Notes: generated by a model not told the origin, from the letters alone. DNA of 64,000 nt from an uncultured bacterium (GCA_963708045.1 OY970181.1:131740-195739); one strand, 5' to 3'; counted from the first letter of the stretch, positions 1 through 7,609 are shown. Made by a program: numbers and translations.

Positions 1-1
1 A

Positions 2-193
2 GCGTTAGCACTCTTCGCCGCCCAAAAACCCATTCTAAAACTGATATCCGAGCAAGTAAAATTATCAGAAAACTCAGACGAAGCAATGCAAGGAGCCAAA
101 ACGACATTTAAAGAATTCTTGGATATGCCCGCCGAGGACACCGTGAAAATGTGTATTCTAAAAATTGAAGCAATGGATCTGGCAACTGAATAA
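2..193 (+). CDS. 3' end of a hypothetical protein (partial, runs off the window start)
   Basis: Frame 2 is open from the window edge (ALALFAAQKPILKL...) to TAA at 191-193. Confidence 0.5.
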   Translation, partial: ALALFAAQKPILKLISEQVKLSENSDEAMQGAKTTFKEFLDMPAEDTVKMCILKIEAMDLATE

Positions 194-251
194 ATCAAAA
201 ACTGAGGCCGACAATCTTCTCCATCAAATTATCAGAGCAACAATAAAATCT

Positions 252-356
252 GTCATTGCGAGGAGGAAGCGATAGCGAACGACGCGGCAATCTCATTGCA
301 GTATCACCTTGATTGCTGACTTAGATGGAGATTGCCGCGCTACCGCTCGCAATGAC
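252..356. repeat. Palindromic intergenic element (RPE-like, GTCATTGCGAG...CTCGCAATGAC)
   Basis: 11-bp terminal inverted repeat plus internal GCGGCAATCTC/GAGATTGCCGC stem. Confidence 0.75.
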
Positions 357-369
357 GCGAGTTGATGAG

Positions 370-400
370 GCTATTTGCCACGTGCTACGCGCCACGTGCC
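370..400. repeat. Heptamer tandem array, GCCACGT type
   Basis: GCTATTT GCCACGT GCTACGC GCCACGT; overlaps the last codons and stop of the malic enzyme gene. Confidence 0.65.
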
Positions 401-1533
401 GACTTCACTGCCTCGGCAACGACGCGGGCGACTTTTTTGTCTAAAGGGTCGGGAATGATGCGGTCGGCGGTTGGCGTGCCGACGTAGCCCGCGAGCGCCA
501 TCGCGGCGGCGAGTTTCATTTCCACGGTAATTTTTTTAATTCCTGCGTCCATTACACCGCGAAACAGTCCTGGAAAAACCAAAAGATTATTAACCTGGTT
601 GGCAAAGTCGGAGCGGCCGGTTGCGACGACGGCGGCGCCGGCGGCTTTGGCGGCGTCGGGCATTATTTCGGGCGTTGGGTTGGCCATCGCAAAAATAATC
701 GGTTTCGCGTTCATTGATTTTATGTGTTCGGCCGTAACCAGTCCGGCTTTAGAAACGCCAATAAAAATATCAGCACTCTTCATTGCCTCGGAAAAATTAC
801 CGCTTTCATTTTTTAGATTTGACCAAGCAAGCATCGCCCGTTTAGCCGGATTTAAATCCGCGCGGTCGTTGGAAATAATTCCCTGTGAGTCGCAAAGAAT
901 TAAATTTTCTGCGCCATAAGCGCGCAAAAGTTTTGCCGAGGCCGTGCCCGCCGCGCCAGCGCCGGAAAAAACAATCCGGCTCTTTTTTAAATCACGACCG
1001 GTGACGGCGCAAGCGTTAATGAGGCCGGCCAAAATTACAATCGCCGTGCCGTGTTGGTCATCGTGAAAAACCGGAATGTCCAATTCCTTAATCAGCCGCT
1101 CTTCTACTTCAAAACAGCGCGGCGCGGAAATATCTTCCAAATTTATTCCGCCAAAAACCGGCGCGATTCTTTTTACCGTTTCCACAATCTCATCAACGTT
1201 TTGTGTATCAAGCGCAATCGGAAAAGCATCTAGCCCGCCAAATTCTTTAAAGAGTAAACACTTTCCTTCCATTACTGGAATAGAGGCAAGCGGCCCGATA
1301 TTGCCAAGGCCAAGCACGGCGCTCCCATCGGTCACAACCGCGATCGTCCGGCCTTTAATCGTAAGGTCGTAGGCAAGCGCCGGATTTTCCGCAATTTCCA
1401 AACATGGTTTGGCAACGCCGGGCGTGTAAACGGTGGAAAGCATTTCCCGATCGGTCGCCGAAACAACCGGCTTTACCTCCAGTTTGCCTTTATATTTTTT
1501 ATGAAGCTCCATTGATTTTTGTCCGTAGTCCAT
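385..1533 (-). CDS. NAD(P)-dependent malic enzyme (short bacterial type)
   Basis: Motifs YTPGVA, VTDGSAVLGLG, VMEGK, INLEDI, FHDDQHGTA, GAGAAG, ANPTPE, TGRSD. Confidence 0.95.
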   Translation of the reverse strand: MDYGQKSMELHKKYKGKLEVKPVVSATDREMLSTVYTPGVAKPCLEIAENPALAYDLTIKGRTIAVVTDGSAVLGLGNIGPLASIPVMEGKCLLFKEFGGLDAFPIALDTQNVDEIVETVKRIAPVFGGINLEDISAPRCFEVEERLIKELDIPVFHDDQHGTAIVILAGLINACAVTGRDLKKSRIVFSGAGAAGTASAKLLRAYGAENLILCDSQGIISNDRADLNPAKRAMLAWSNLKNESGNFSEAMKSADIFIGVSKAGLVTAEHIKSMNAKPIIFAMANPTPEIMPDAAKAAGAAVVATGRSDFANQVNNLLVFPGLFRGVMDAGIKKITVEMKLAAAMALAGYVGTPTADRIIPDPLDKKVARVVAEAVKSARGA

Positions 1534-1538
1534 ATGTC

Positions 1539-1566
1539 AACTTTTAACTATTAACTGTTAACTTTT
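1539..1566. repeat. Heptamer tandem array, AACTTTT type
   Basis: AACTTTT AACTATT AACTGTT AACTTTT, 5 nt upstream of the malic enzyme start codon. Confidence 0.8.
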
Positions 1567-1657
1567 AGGTACCTTAAATATTATCTCTAATCTTCATAAA
1601 ACACCACTTGACGCGGGGAATTTTATTAAGTAAGACAATTAGGAAAGGAGGCGCTAG

Positions 1658-2101
1658 ATGACGCCGTACATTCGCACACAAATTCCACCAAGCCTCATGG
1701 AGCTCTTCCAAAACATCAAACGAATCCTTGCGGCGCTTCCCGACTTAAACCTCGGAACCAAAAGCGACGGTGAACAGATTTTTCTGGACTGCCATATGGT
1801 CGCGAGGGCAATCGGACGGACATTCTGTCTCAAGGTTGTAGACGGACGATACGCCAACACGTCGCACTCGTGGATTGAGTTCTTCACATCAAATCCTCCT
1901 GCGGCCTGGGTCATTGATACATATCCGATCCTGACTTTTCCTGGCCCACTCCTGCTCATGGCTGAAAGTCCGATTATGCCAGGACAGAAGCTTTATCGGA
2001 GAACAAGAAACTTCGGACGACAGTTGTCATTCTCCTCGCCCGAATTCCGGCGGTCGGTGAATTTAATTGTTGCCGAAATCCGCAGGATCATCCGGTCGTG
2101 A
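1658..2101 (+). CDS. Hypothetical protein
   Basis: 147-aa ORF with AGGAGG ribosome-binding site and a downstream hairpin. Confidence 0.7.
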   Translation: MTPYIRTQIPPSLMELFQNIKRILAALPDLNLGTKSDGEQIFLDCHMVARAIGRTFCLKVVDGRYANTSHSWIEFFTSNPPAAWVIDTYPILTFPGPLLLMAESPIMPGQKLYRRTRNFGRQLSFSSPEFRRSVNLIVAEIRRIIRS

Positions 2102-2127
2102 CCAACCCTTCCGCGCAAATAACGACG

Positions 2128-2155
2128 AAGCGGCTTGACGCAATCAAGCCGCTTT
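2128..2155 (+). terminator. Rho-independent terminator
   Basis: AAGCGGCTTGA-cgcaa-TCAAGCCGCTT followed by T-rich tail. Confidence 0.6.
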
Positions 2156-2282
2156 CTGTTTATAAAATTGCAATTAGTTCGGCGGTATCTTGACCAATAG
2201 TATTTTTTGGAGTATAAAAGAATGTTTTGCACCTTAACTTATTGTAGTCAATGAATTGAAACAGCATACCGGGAGGTACGCA

Positions 2283-2999
2283 ATGAAAATTTCGGTCGTA
2301 ATTCCCGCACACAACGAACGTCACTTTATTGTTCGCGCAGTTGAATCGCTCGTAGCACAGACTTTGCCGAGAAACGAATTTGAGATCATCGTCGTAGACA
2401 ATTGTTCAACCGACGATACAGCCAACTTGGCACGCGATGCCGGCGCCGACCTTGTTGTCGCTGAGCCGATCAAAGGAACTAATTCTGCGCGAGCGCGCGG
2501 TCTGAGCGTTGCGCAAGCGCCGATTGTCGCGTTTCTGGACGCCGACTGTTCTGCGCCACCGGACTGGCTAGAGCGAATTTTGCTGGCGTTTAAAACGCAG
2601 CCGCACATCGTTGCGCTCGGCGGCACTTATGATCTGGATTTTGACTCGCAAGCAATGCGCTGCTTTTTCGTTTTTTTCCAACGCTGGCTAATTCCCCTGT
2701 TTATTCACGGCCTAACAGTGTTGTTCAGAAAATCGGCCGCGTTTTTGAAAGGCGGAAACTGGGCAGCGCGGCGAGAAATCCTAAGCTGTGCTGGCATTGA
2801 TACCAGTATTGCCTTTTGGGGAGATGACACCGATACCGCTTGTCGTTTGGCTAAATACGGAACCGTCCGCTGGGACGCGTCGCTTGCCGTTCGCTCATCC
2901 GCGCGTAGATTTAGAAAAGAAGGCACCTTTAGAACCCAACTAAACTACGCCAAAAACTGGTTTTCCGTGTATTTTCTTGGAAGACCCGCAAGGTACTAA
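2283..2999 (+). CDS. Glycosyltransferase family 2
   Basis: ISVVIPAHNE, IIVVDNCSTD, FLDAD (DxD) and GDDTD motifs; GGGAGG RBS before ATG 2283. Confidence 0.9.
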   Translation: MKISVVIPAHNERHFIVRAVESLVAQTLPRNEFEIIVVDNCSTDDTANLARDAGADLVVAEPIKGTNSARARGLSVAQAPIVAFLDADCSAPPDWLERILLAFKTQPHIVALGGTYDLDFDSQAMRCFFVFFQRWLIPLFIHGLTVLFRKSAAFLKGGNWAARREILSCAGIDTSIAFWGDDTDTACRLAKYGTVRWDASLAVRSSARRFRKEGTFRTQLNYAKNWFSVYFLGRPARY

Positions 3000-3066
3000 A
3001 ACCTGCCACCCTGGACCTATCTCACAGCGCTTGAGACAGGTCCAGTATTATTTTTTGCCCAGCCAC

Positions 3067-3095
3067 TTGACGCTATAAATGAAATTCTGTATTAT
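3067..3095 (+). promoter_or_regulatory. Sigma70-type promoter for rpsP
   Basis: TTGACG-17 nt-TATTAT. Confidence 0.6.
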
Positions 3096-3112
3096 TATCC
3101 TCATAAAACACT

Positions 3113-3403
3113 ATGCTTAGCATTAGATTAACCCGCGTCGGAAAAACCAAAGAGCCTTCATACCGGCTTATTGTTTTAGATAAACGAAAAGACCCATGGG
3201 GCGACTACCTGGAAAACCTCGGCACCGTGAATCGCCGTGGCAAAGAAAAATCATACAAATTGAACGCCGACCGCATTAAATACTGGATTTCCAAAGGCGC
3301 TCAGCCCACTAACCCAGTTTGGAATATGTTGGTTGACCAAAAAATCGTTGTTGGTTCCAAACGCAAGGCGCACACGGGACATAAGGTTGAAGCGGCGAAA
3401 TAA
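3113..3403 (+). CDS. rpsP: 30S ribosomal protein S16
   Basis: MLSIRLTRVG...YRLIV...GDYLENLG...YWISKGAQPT; in the usual rpsP-khpA-trmD order. Confidence 0.97.
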   Translation: MLSIRLTRVGKTKEPSYRLIVLDKRKDPWGDYLENLGTVNRRGKEKSYKLNADRIKYWISKGAQPTNPVWNMLVDQKIVVGSKRKAHTGHKVEAAK

Positions 3404-3429
3404 CTTTTAACTGTTAACTTTTAACTTTT
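3402..3429. repeat. Heptamer tandem array, AACTTTT type
   Basis: Four units beginning inside the rpsP stop codon. Confidence 0.8.
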
Positions 3430-3431
3430 TT

Positions 3432-3458
3432 AAAAACCTCCGTTCTGCGGAGGTTTTT
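3432..3458 (+). terminator. Rho-independent terminator of rpsP
   Basis: AAAAACCTCCG-ttctg-CGGAGGTTTTT. Confidence 0.75.
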
Positions 3459-3465
3459 GTGTAAT

Positions 3466-3580
3466 TCGTTCCCGAGCATACGAAGGGTTGCAAAGTCACT
3501 AAACAAGCTATGAGATTCCTCGCCGAGCTGAGCTCGGCCGAGCCCTAAACAAAACGACCGCACGGGCTCGGAATGACGGC
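3466..3580. repeat. Palindromic element, GTCATCCCGA...CGGAATGAC family (degenerate left end)
   Basis: Ends GGGCTCGGAATGACGGC like copies at 6796, 7632, 48769, 49596 and 55316. Confidence 0.7.
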
Positions 3581-3596
3581 GGGGCGCGCCGGGCTC

Positions 3597-3625
3597 TTGC
3601 TTTAAAAAAGATGGTTTGCTATATT
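3597..3625 (+). promoter_or_regulatory. Putative promoter of the tRNA-like array
   Basis: TTGCTT-17 nt-TATATT with extended -10 TG. Confidence 0.5.
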
Positions 3626-3631
3626 TGCATC

Positions 3632-3846
3632 CTCGGCCAAAATCTCTCTCTGAGAGAGAAGGAAGCAACCTGCCGAGATAAAAGGAGGGAGCAAAAGAGA
3701 TAATCTAATTTTAACAACGGATTGTTTGGCGGCGGTCACATTACCCCTCAAAACACTTGAGAAGGAAACGAGCGTAAGGCACGAGGGAAAAAAACCGTAA
3801 GCGCCAGCGCGTGGCTGTCAGTTGTACCAACAACTTTCAGCCGCGC
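3632..3846 (+). ncRNA. Structured leader or ncRNA upstream of the tRNA-like array
   Basis: Consecutive stems CTCGGC/GCCGAG, GGCG/CGCC and GCGCGTGGCTG/CAGCCGCGC; no credible ORF. Confidence 0.4.
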
Positions 3847-3874
3847 GTATCTATAAAACCGAGTCTGTTCTTTT

Positions 3875-3947
3875 TCGGGGGTAGTTCAATTGGTAGAGCA
3901 CCACTTTTGATAAGTGGCCGTTGTGGGTTCAAGTCCCACCTCCCGAA
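3875..3947 (+). tRNA. Atypical tRNA: cloverleaf with loop TTTGATA (positional anticodon TGA, U37, short variable loop)
   Basis: Acceptor TCGGGGG/CTCCCGA, D arm GTTC/GAGC, anticodon stem CCACT/AGTGG, T arm GTGGG-TTCAAGT-CCCAC. Confidence 0.7.
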
Positions 3948-3966
3948 CAATTCTATGTTAGATTTT

Positions 3967-4070
3967 CCGCCTGTGGCTGAATGACATGGCGCTGGCCAAA
4001 ATTTCAACAATCTTGCTAGGCTTGTTGAGACTAACGCCAGAAAATGCAGGTTCAACTCCTGTCGGGCGGA
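3967..4070 (+). ncRNA. tRNA-like RNA with a 39-nt hairpin-containing segment in place of the anticodon loop
   Basis: Acceptor CCGCCTG/CGGGCGG, anticodon stem CTGGC/GCCAG, T arm GCAGG-TTCAACT-CCTGT. Confidence 0.7.
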
Positions 4071-4090
4071 CTAGTTAGTACCTTCTTATA

Positions 4091-4208
4091 GAAGCCGTAG
4101 CTCAATGGTGGAGCAACACGTTTCTGGAGGCGTATGCTTCCAAGGTCAGTAACCAAAAGTTATTGATCTGATTCGTGAAGGTTGTAGGTTCAACTCCTAT
4201 CGGCTTCG
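4091..4208 (+). ncRNA. tRNA-like RNA with a 53-nt two-hairpin segment in place of the anticodon loop
   Basis: Acceptor GAAGCCG/CGGCTTC, D arm GCTC/GAGC, stem CACG/CGTG, T arm GTAGG-TTCAACT-CCTAT. Confidence 0.75.
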
Positions 4209-4234
4209 CAAAACATGACGATTGTTTATTCGTC

Positions 4235-4307
4235 GTCCCCATAGCTCAGATGGAAGAGCATGACCTTGGTAAGGTCAGGGTCACAGGTTCGATTCCTGTT
4301 GGGGACT
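4235..4307 (+). tRNA. tRNA-Thr(GGT)
   Basis: Canonical cloverleaf; anticodon arm TGACC-TTGGTAA-GGTCA. Confidence 0.92.
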
Positions 4308-4328
4308 CAGAACGGTTGGTTCTTTTTA

Positions 4329-4461
4329 GAGGCAGTAGCTCAATTTGGTAGAGCGCCGGAATGTCACATTAAACCAAACTTTTGTAACGTTGGTCACGAG
4401 ATAGTGGGTTCAAGGTTTGTTTTAATGCCGGAGGTTACAGGTCCGACTCCTGTCTGCTTCA
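4329..4461 (+). ncRNA. tRNA-Asp(GTC)-like RNA with a 59-nt hairpin insert 3' of the anticodon
   Basis: Acceptor GAGGCAG/CTGCTTC, D arm GCTC/GAGC, CCGGA-ATGTCAC-[insert]-GCCGG, T arm ACAGG-TCCGACT-CCTGT. Confidence 0.75.
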
Positions 4462-4499
4462 CAATTTCTCCGCTGTTTGGGAACGCCCAAACTTTTCGC

Positions 4500-4531
4500 A
4501 ACCCAGGTCTGCTACACGCAACCTGGGTTTT
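4500..4531 (+). terminator. Terminator closing the tRNA-like array
   Basis: AACCCAGGT...ACCTGGGTT followed by TT. Confidence 0.6.
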
Positions 4532-4643
4532 GTGATTTAACGCCCATTGATATATTTCTAAAAATTTGCTATACTAATAGTAACCAGTGCTGGCAGTAGT
4601 CGAACCGGAACTGGTCAAGTACTTGTCATTAACTATAGCTGCT

Positions 4644-4970
4644 ATGGAAATGGAAATGGACCAGCAGTTCGTAGAGTATGTGGTCAAGGGGATCGTTAAT
4701 AACCCTAATGACGTCAGGACAGAAAGAACGGTAGACGAGCGCGGAGTGCTCATCACCCTCTTCATCAATCCGGCGGATATGGGTTATGTGATCGGTCGCC
4801 AAGGCCAGACCGCGCGTTCAATTAGGACACTTCTCCGCATCGTCGGAGCAAAGACCAACGCTCGCGTCAATCTCAAAATCTACGAACCCGAGGAATCCCG
4901 CCGCGCTCATATGTCGGCCGCTGCCGAAGCACCGAGCGAGGACGAGAATCCAATGGATTTAAAAATCTAG
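4644..4970 (+). CDS. khpA: KH-domain RNA-binding protein KhpA
   Basis: FVEYVVKGIV...DMGYVIGRQGQTARSIRTLL (GxxG loop); downstream of rpsP; start could be 4650 or 4656. Confidence 0.9.
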   Translation: MEMEMDQQFVEYVVKGIVNNPNDVRTERTVDERGVLITLFINPADMGYVIGRQGQTARSIRTLLRIVGAKTNARVNLKIYEPEESRRAHMSAAAEAPSEDENPMDLKI

Positions 4971-4973
4971 TAT

Positions 4974-5011
4974 AAAAAATCCTCTCCGCCTCTGGCGGAG
5001 AGGATTTTTTT
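4974..5011. terminator. Bidirectional terminator
   Basis: AAAAAATCCTCTCCGCC-tct-GGCGGAGAGGATTTTTT between convergent genes. Confidence 0.8.
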
Positions 5012-5013
5012 AA

Positions 5014-5880
5014 TTAAAATTTATTCGTGGCTAAAACGGTTGGATGTTTTTTAATGCCCTCTACATAAAGTCTATGTATCTGCGCCGCGGACAAAGCATC
5101 ATTAAATATCCGCGGCTCATCTATAAATCCGCCAAAAGAAAAACCAGCATTCCCTCCCCATGCACCGCCATAAGGATAAAGCGTACCAATAGCCAAAGGT
5201 ATACTGTTATCTGTTGTTGCCCACGAAGAGATGTTGTGTGTGGCTGTAAGTTTGAGCGAGCCGTCTATGTATATAGAGACAGTTTTTGCAGAATCAACGG
5301 TTGCGGCAACAAATGTCCACTTACCGCTTGGCACAGTGGCGTTTGTAGCGGGTGTATTATAACCCGACACCCCTCCCAGCCCAACATATATTTTTCTGTC
5401 CGCGCCATAACTTAAAGTATAATTATACCCACCATTTCCGTTCCACGGTTTGCTTATTAAAACAGCACCGTTATTTTCTGCGACATCGGGCTTAATCCAA
5501 ATACCTAATGACATATTCCCGCCGCGATATTTAAAACCCGAATAATCATAAGCCTGCACATAATCATTTGATCCATCAAGATAAATTGAATAACCGCTAC
5601 CGCTTGGCGTATCGGTTGACCAAGTTGGACCGTTTAAGAGACTGCCAGTGTGTCCGCTACCCGAAGCATCACTCGCCACTCCTCCCGAGCCTTCGTTAAA
5701 TAACCATATGCCAGCAGGCTCGCCAGCCGTGCGATCAAGATGCGATGCAAACGCCATTCCCGCTGCAATTTTCGCCTTATCCCGAGCGGTTACTAAGGAC
5801 ACCACGGCGATTGATGAAAGAAGACCGACGATGGCAATAACGACGAGAAGTTCAATTAAGGTAAAAGCAGAGCGACGCAT
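5014..5880 (-). CDS. Type IV pilin-like N-methylation protein with LamG/ConA-like domain
   Basis: AFTLIELLVVIAIVG; GIWLFNEGSG...WTFVAAT...IYIDG...GFIDEPRIFNDALS. Confidence 0.9.
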   Translation of the reverse strand: MRRSAFTLIELLVVIAIVGLLSSIAVVSLVTARDKAKIAAGMAFASHLDRTAGEPAGIWLFNEGSGGVASDASGSGHTGSLLNGPTWSTDTPSGSGYSIYLDGSNDYVQAYDYSGFKYRGGNMSLGIWIKPDVAENNGAVLISKPWNGNGGYNYTLSYGADRKIYVGLGGVSGYNTPATNATVPSGKWTFVAATVDSAKTVSIYIDGSLKLTATHNISSWATTDNSIPLAIGTLYPYGGAWGGNAGFSFGGFIDEPRIFNDALSAAQIHRLYVEGIKKHPTVLATNKF

Positions 5881-5888
5881 GAATGAAT

Positions 5889-5916
5889 ATCTAATTTCTA
5901 ATACTTAATATCTAAT
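5889..5916. repeat. Heptamer tandem array, ATCTAAT type
   Basis: ATCTAAT TTCTAAT ACTTAAT ATCTAAT between two pilin genes. Confidence 0.7.
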
Positions 5917-5921
5917 CCGAT

Positions 5922-6767
5922 CTATGGAAAAGAGATCTGTCTATTTGTTGACGATGAAATGAGAATTTTGGGGTGCGACAAAACGCTGGCGGCATAATCT
6001 TTTTGTATCGCTTGCGCGGTTAGTGCTTTGGCATAGATCCGGACATTATCAAAATTACCCCAAAAATAATTTGTTGCCACATAACGACCGATCTCCGGCG
6101 CCCCCGTCCCCAAGAACGGACTTGACGGAGAATCGTTCGCGACGAGCGCGCCATCACGGTAAATGCTGCGCTTGTTAGTTGATCGGTTGTAAGTACAAGC
6201 CCAATGATGCCAATTCGTGTCCGTATAGGCAACCGTGTCCAGATCGTTTGAGTAAAAGGCGCAGGTAAAAGCATTCGTCTGCCTGAAACCGACGACCATC
6301 ATAGTGCTGGCACCTACACTTCCCAGCGAAAAGGCGATATCCAATCTATTTATTGCGTTGCGTTTCGCCCAAAAGGAAACCGTGAACGAGTTTGAGGCAA
6401 ACTCGGTGATCGTTCGCGCGGTGGAGGCATATTGGCTTGCGCCGTTCAGGCTAAGTGAACACCCTTTCCCCGATGGCGAATCAGACGACCATTGCGGAGA
6501 ACCGACGGGGGTTCCAATATTTCCACCCCCCGAAGAATCAGCGACGGTTGTGGCGGGAATGCCGACGCCTGTGCAATCGTCAAAATCCCACTGGCCTAAA
6601 ATTTCATCTCCAGCTCCATCAAGAACACTTCTTTCAAAAGATTGCCCGGCCGCAATTTTTGCTTTATCCCGCGCACTGCCAAGCGACACCACCGCGATTG
6701 ACGAAAGAAGGCCGACGATGGCAATGACGACGAGAAGTTCAATTAAGGTGAAGGCGCGACGGGTCAT
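5922..6767 (-). CDS. Type IV pilin-like N-methylation protein with LamG domain
   Basis: AFTLIELLVV; GQWDFD...WHHWACTY...IYRDG...GNFDNVRIYAKAL. Confidence 0.9.
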   Translation of the reverse strand: MTRRAFTLIELLVVIAIVGLLSSIAVVSLGSARDKAKIAAGQSFERSVLDGAGDEILGQWDFDDCTGVGIPATTVADSSGGGNIGTPVGSPQWSSDSPSGKGCSLSLNGASQYASTARTITEFASNSFTVSFWAKRNAINRLDIAFSLGSVGASTMMVVGFRQTNAFTCAFYSNDLDTVAYTDTNWHHWACTYNRSTNKRSIYRDGALVANDSPSSPFLGTGAPEIGRYVATNYFWGNFDNVRIYAKALTAQAIQKDYAASVLSHPKILISSSTNRQISFP

Positions 6768-6795
6768 TTGTTTAAATATCTAATGTCTAATCCGC

Positions 6796-6891
6796 CGTCA
6801 TTCCGAGCCTGTCTAGTAGATTTGTCCAAGGCGAGGAATCTCGTAGCCAATTTAAAGACTTTGAGATCCCTCGCTCGCGCTCGGGATGACG
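6796..6891. repeat. Palindromic element, GTCATTCCGAGC...GCTCGGGATGAC family
   Basis: Terminal inverted repeat plus internal GCGAGGAATCTC/GAGATCCCTCGC stem. Confidence 0.8.
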
Positions 6892-6946
6892 CCTAACAAT
6901 AGACGCTGGCGGGATGCGACGAATATGCTAATATTATATCACGATT

Positions 6947-7609
6947 ATGAAGATAGACTTTGTTTCAATTTTTCCGGAAATGTTTGGGACTTATTTTAAT
7001 GAGTCCATTATGAAACGCGCGGCGGAAAAGCGTCTGATTAAAGTTAAGGCGCACGATTTGCGTAAGTGGGCATCGGGCAAGCACCACAAAGTAGACGATC
7101 GCCCATTTGGTGGCGGCCCCGGAATGGTGATGATGGCGGAGCCGTTTGCGAAAGCGGTTAAAGAGCTAAAAGTTAAAAGTTTAAAGTTAAAAGTTCGTGT
7201 TATCCTAATGTCTGCTTCGGGAAAAACCTTCACTCATAAAGATGCAGTACGGCTTGCCAAGTACAAACACTTAATCTTCCTCTGCCCGCGCTACGAAGGC
7301 GTGGATGCGCGCGTGGAAAAATTTGTTGATGAAAAAATTTCTATTGGCGACTATGTTTTAACCGGCGGCGAACTCCCCGCCATGGTCGTGGCTGACGCAG
7401 TCGTGCGTCATATTCCCGGCGTCCTTGGCAAAGCCGAATCGCTCACCGAAGAATCGCATACAATAGAAGGTGTTACTGAATATCCGCAATACACGCGGCC
7501 GGAAGTTTTTGGCAAACAAAGAGTGCCTGCGGTTTTGCTTTCAGGCGATCATGCGAAGATAGCCGCGTGGAGAAAGAAAAAGATGGGGCAACGAATACCT
7601 AATATCTAA
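6947..7609 (+). CDS. trmD: tRNA (guanine-N1)-methyltransferase
   Basis: VDDRPFGGGPGMVM, RYEGVDARV, SIGDYVLTGGELPA, EYPQYTRP, LLSGDH. Confidence 0.97.
   Translation: MKIDFVSIFPEMFGTYFNESIMKRAAEKRLIKVKAHDLRKWASGKHHKVDDRPFGGGPGMVMMAEPFAKAVKELKVKSLKLKVRVILMSASGKTFTHKDAVRLAKYKHLIFLCPRYEGVDARVEKFVDEKISIGDYVLTGGELPAMVVADAVVRHIPGVLGKAESLTEESHTIEGVTEYPQYTRPEVFGKQRVPAVLLSGDHAKIAAWRKKKMGQRIPNI

Noticed and set aside
3414-4535. Short ORFs at 3414-3668, 3837-4055 and 4260-4535
   Set aside because: They are translations of palindromic repeats and tRNA-like sequence.
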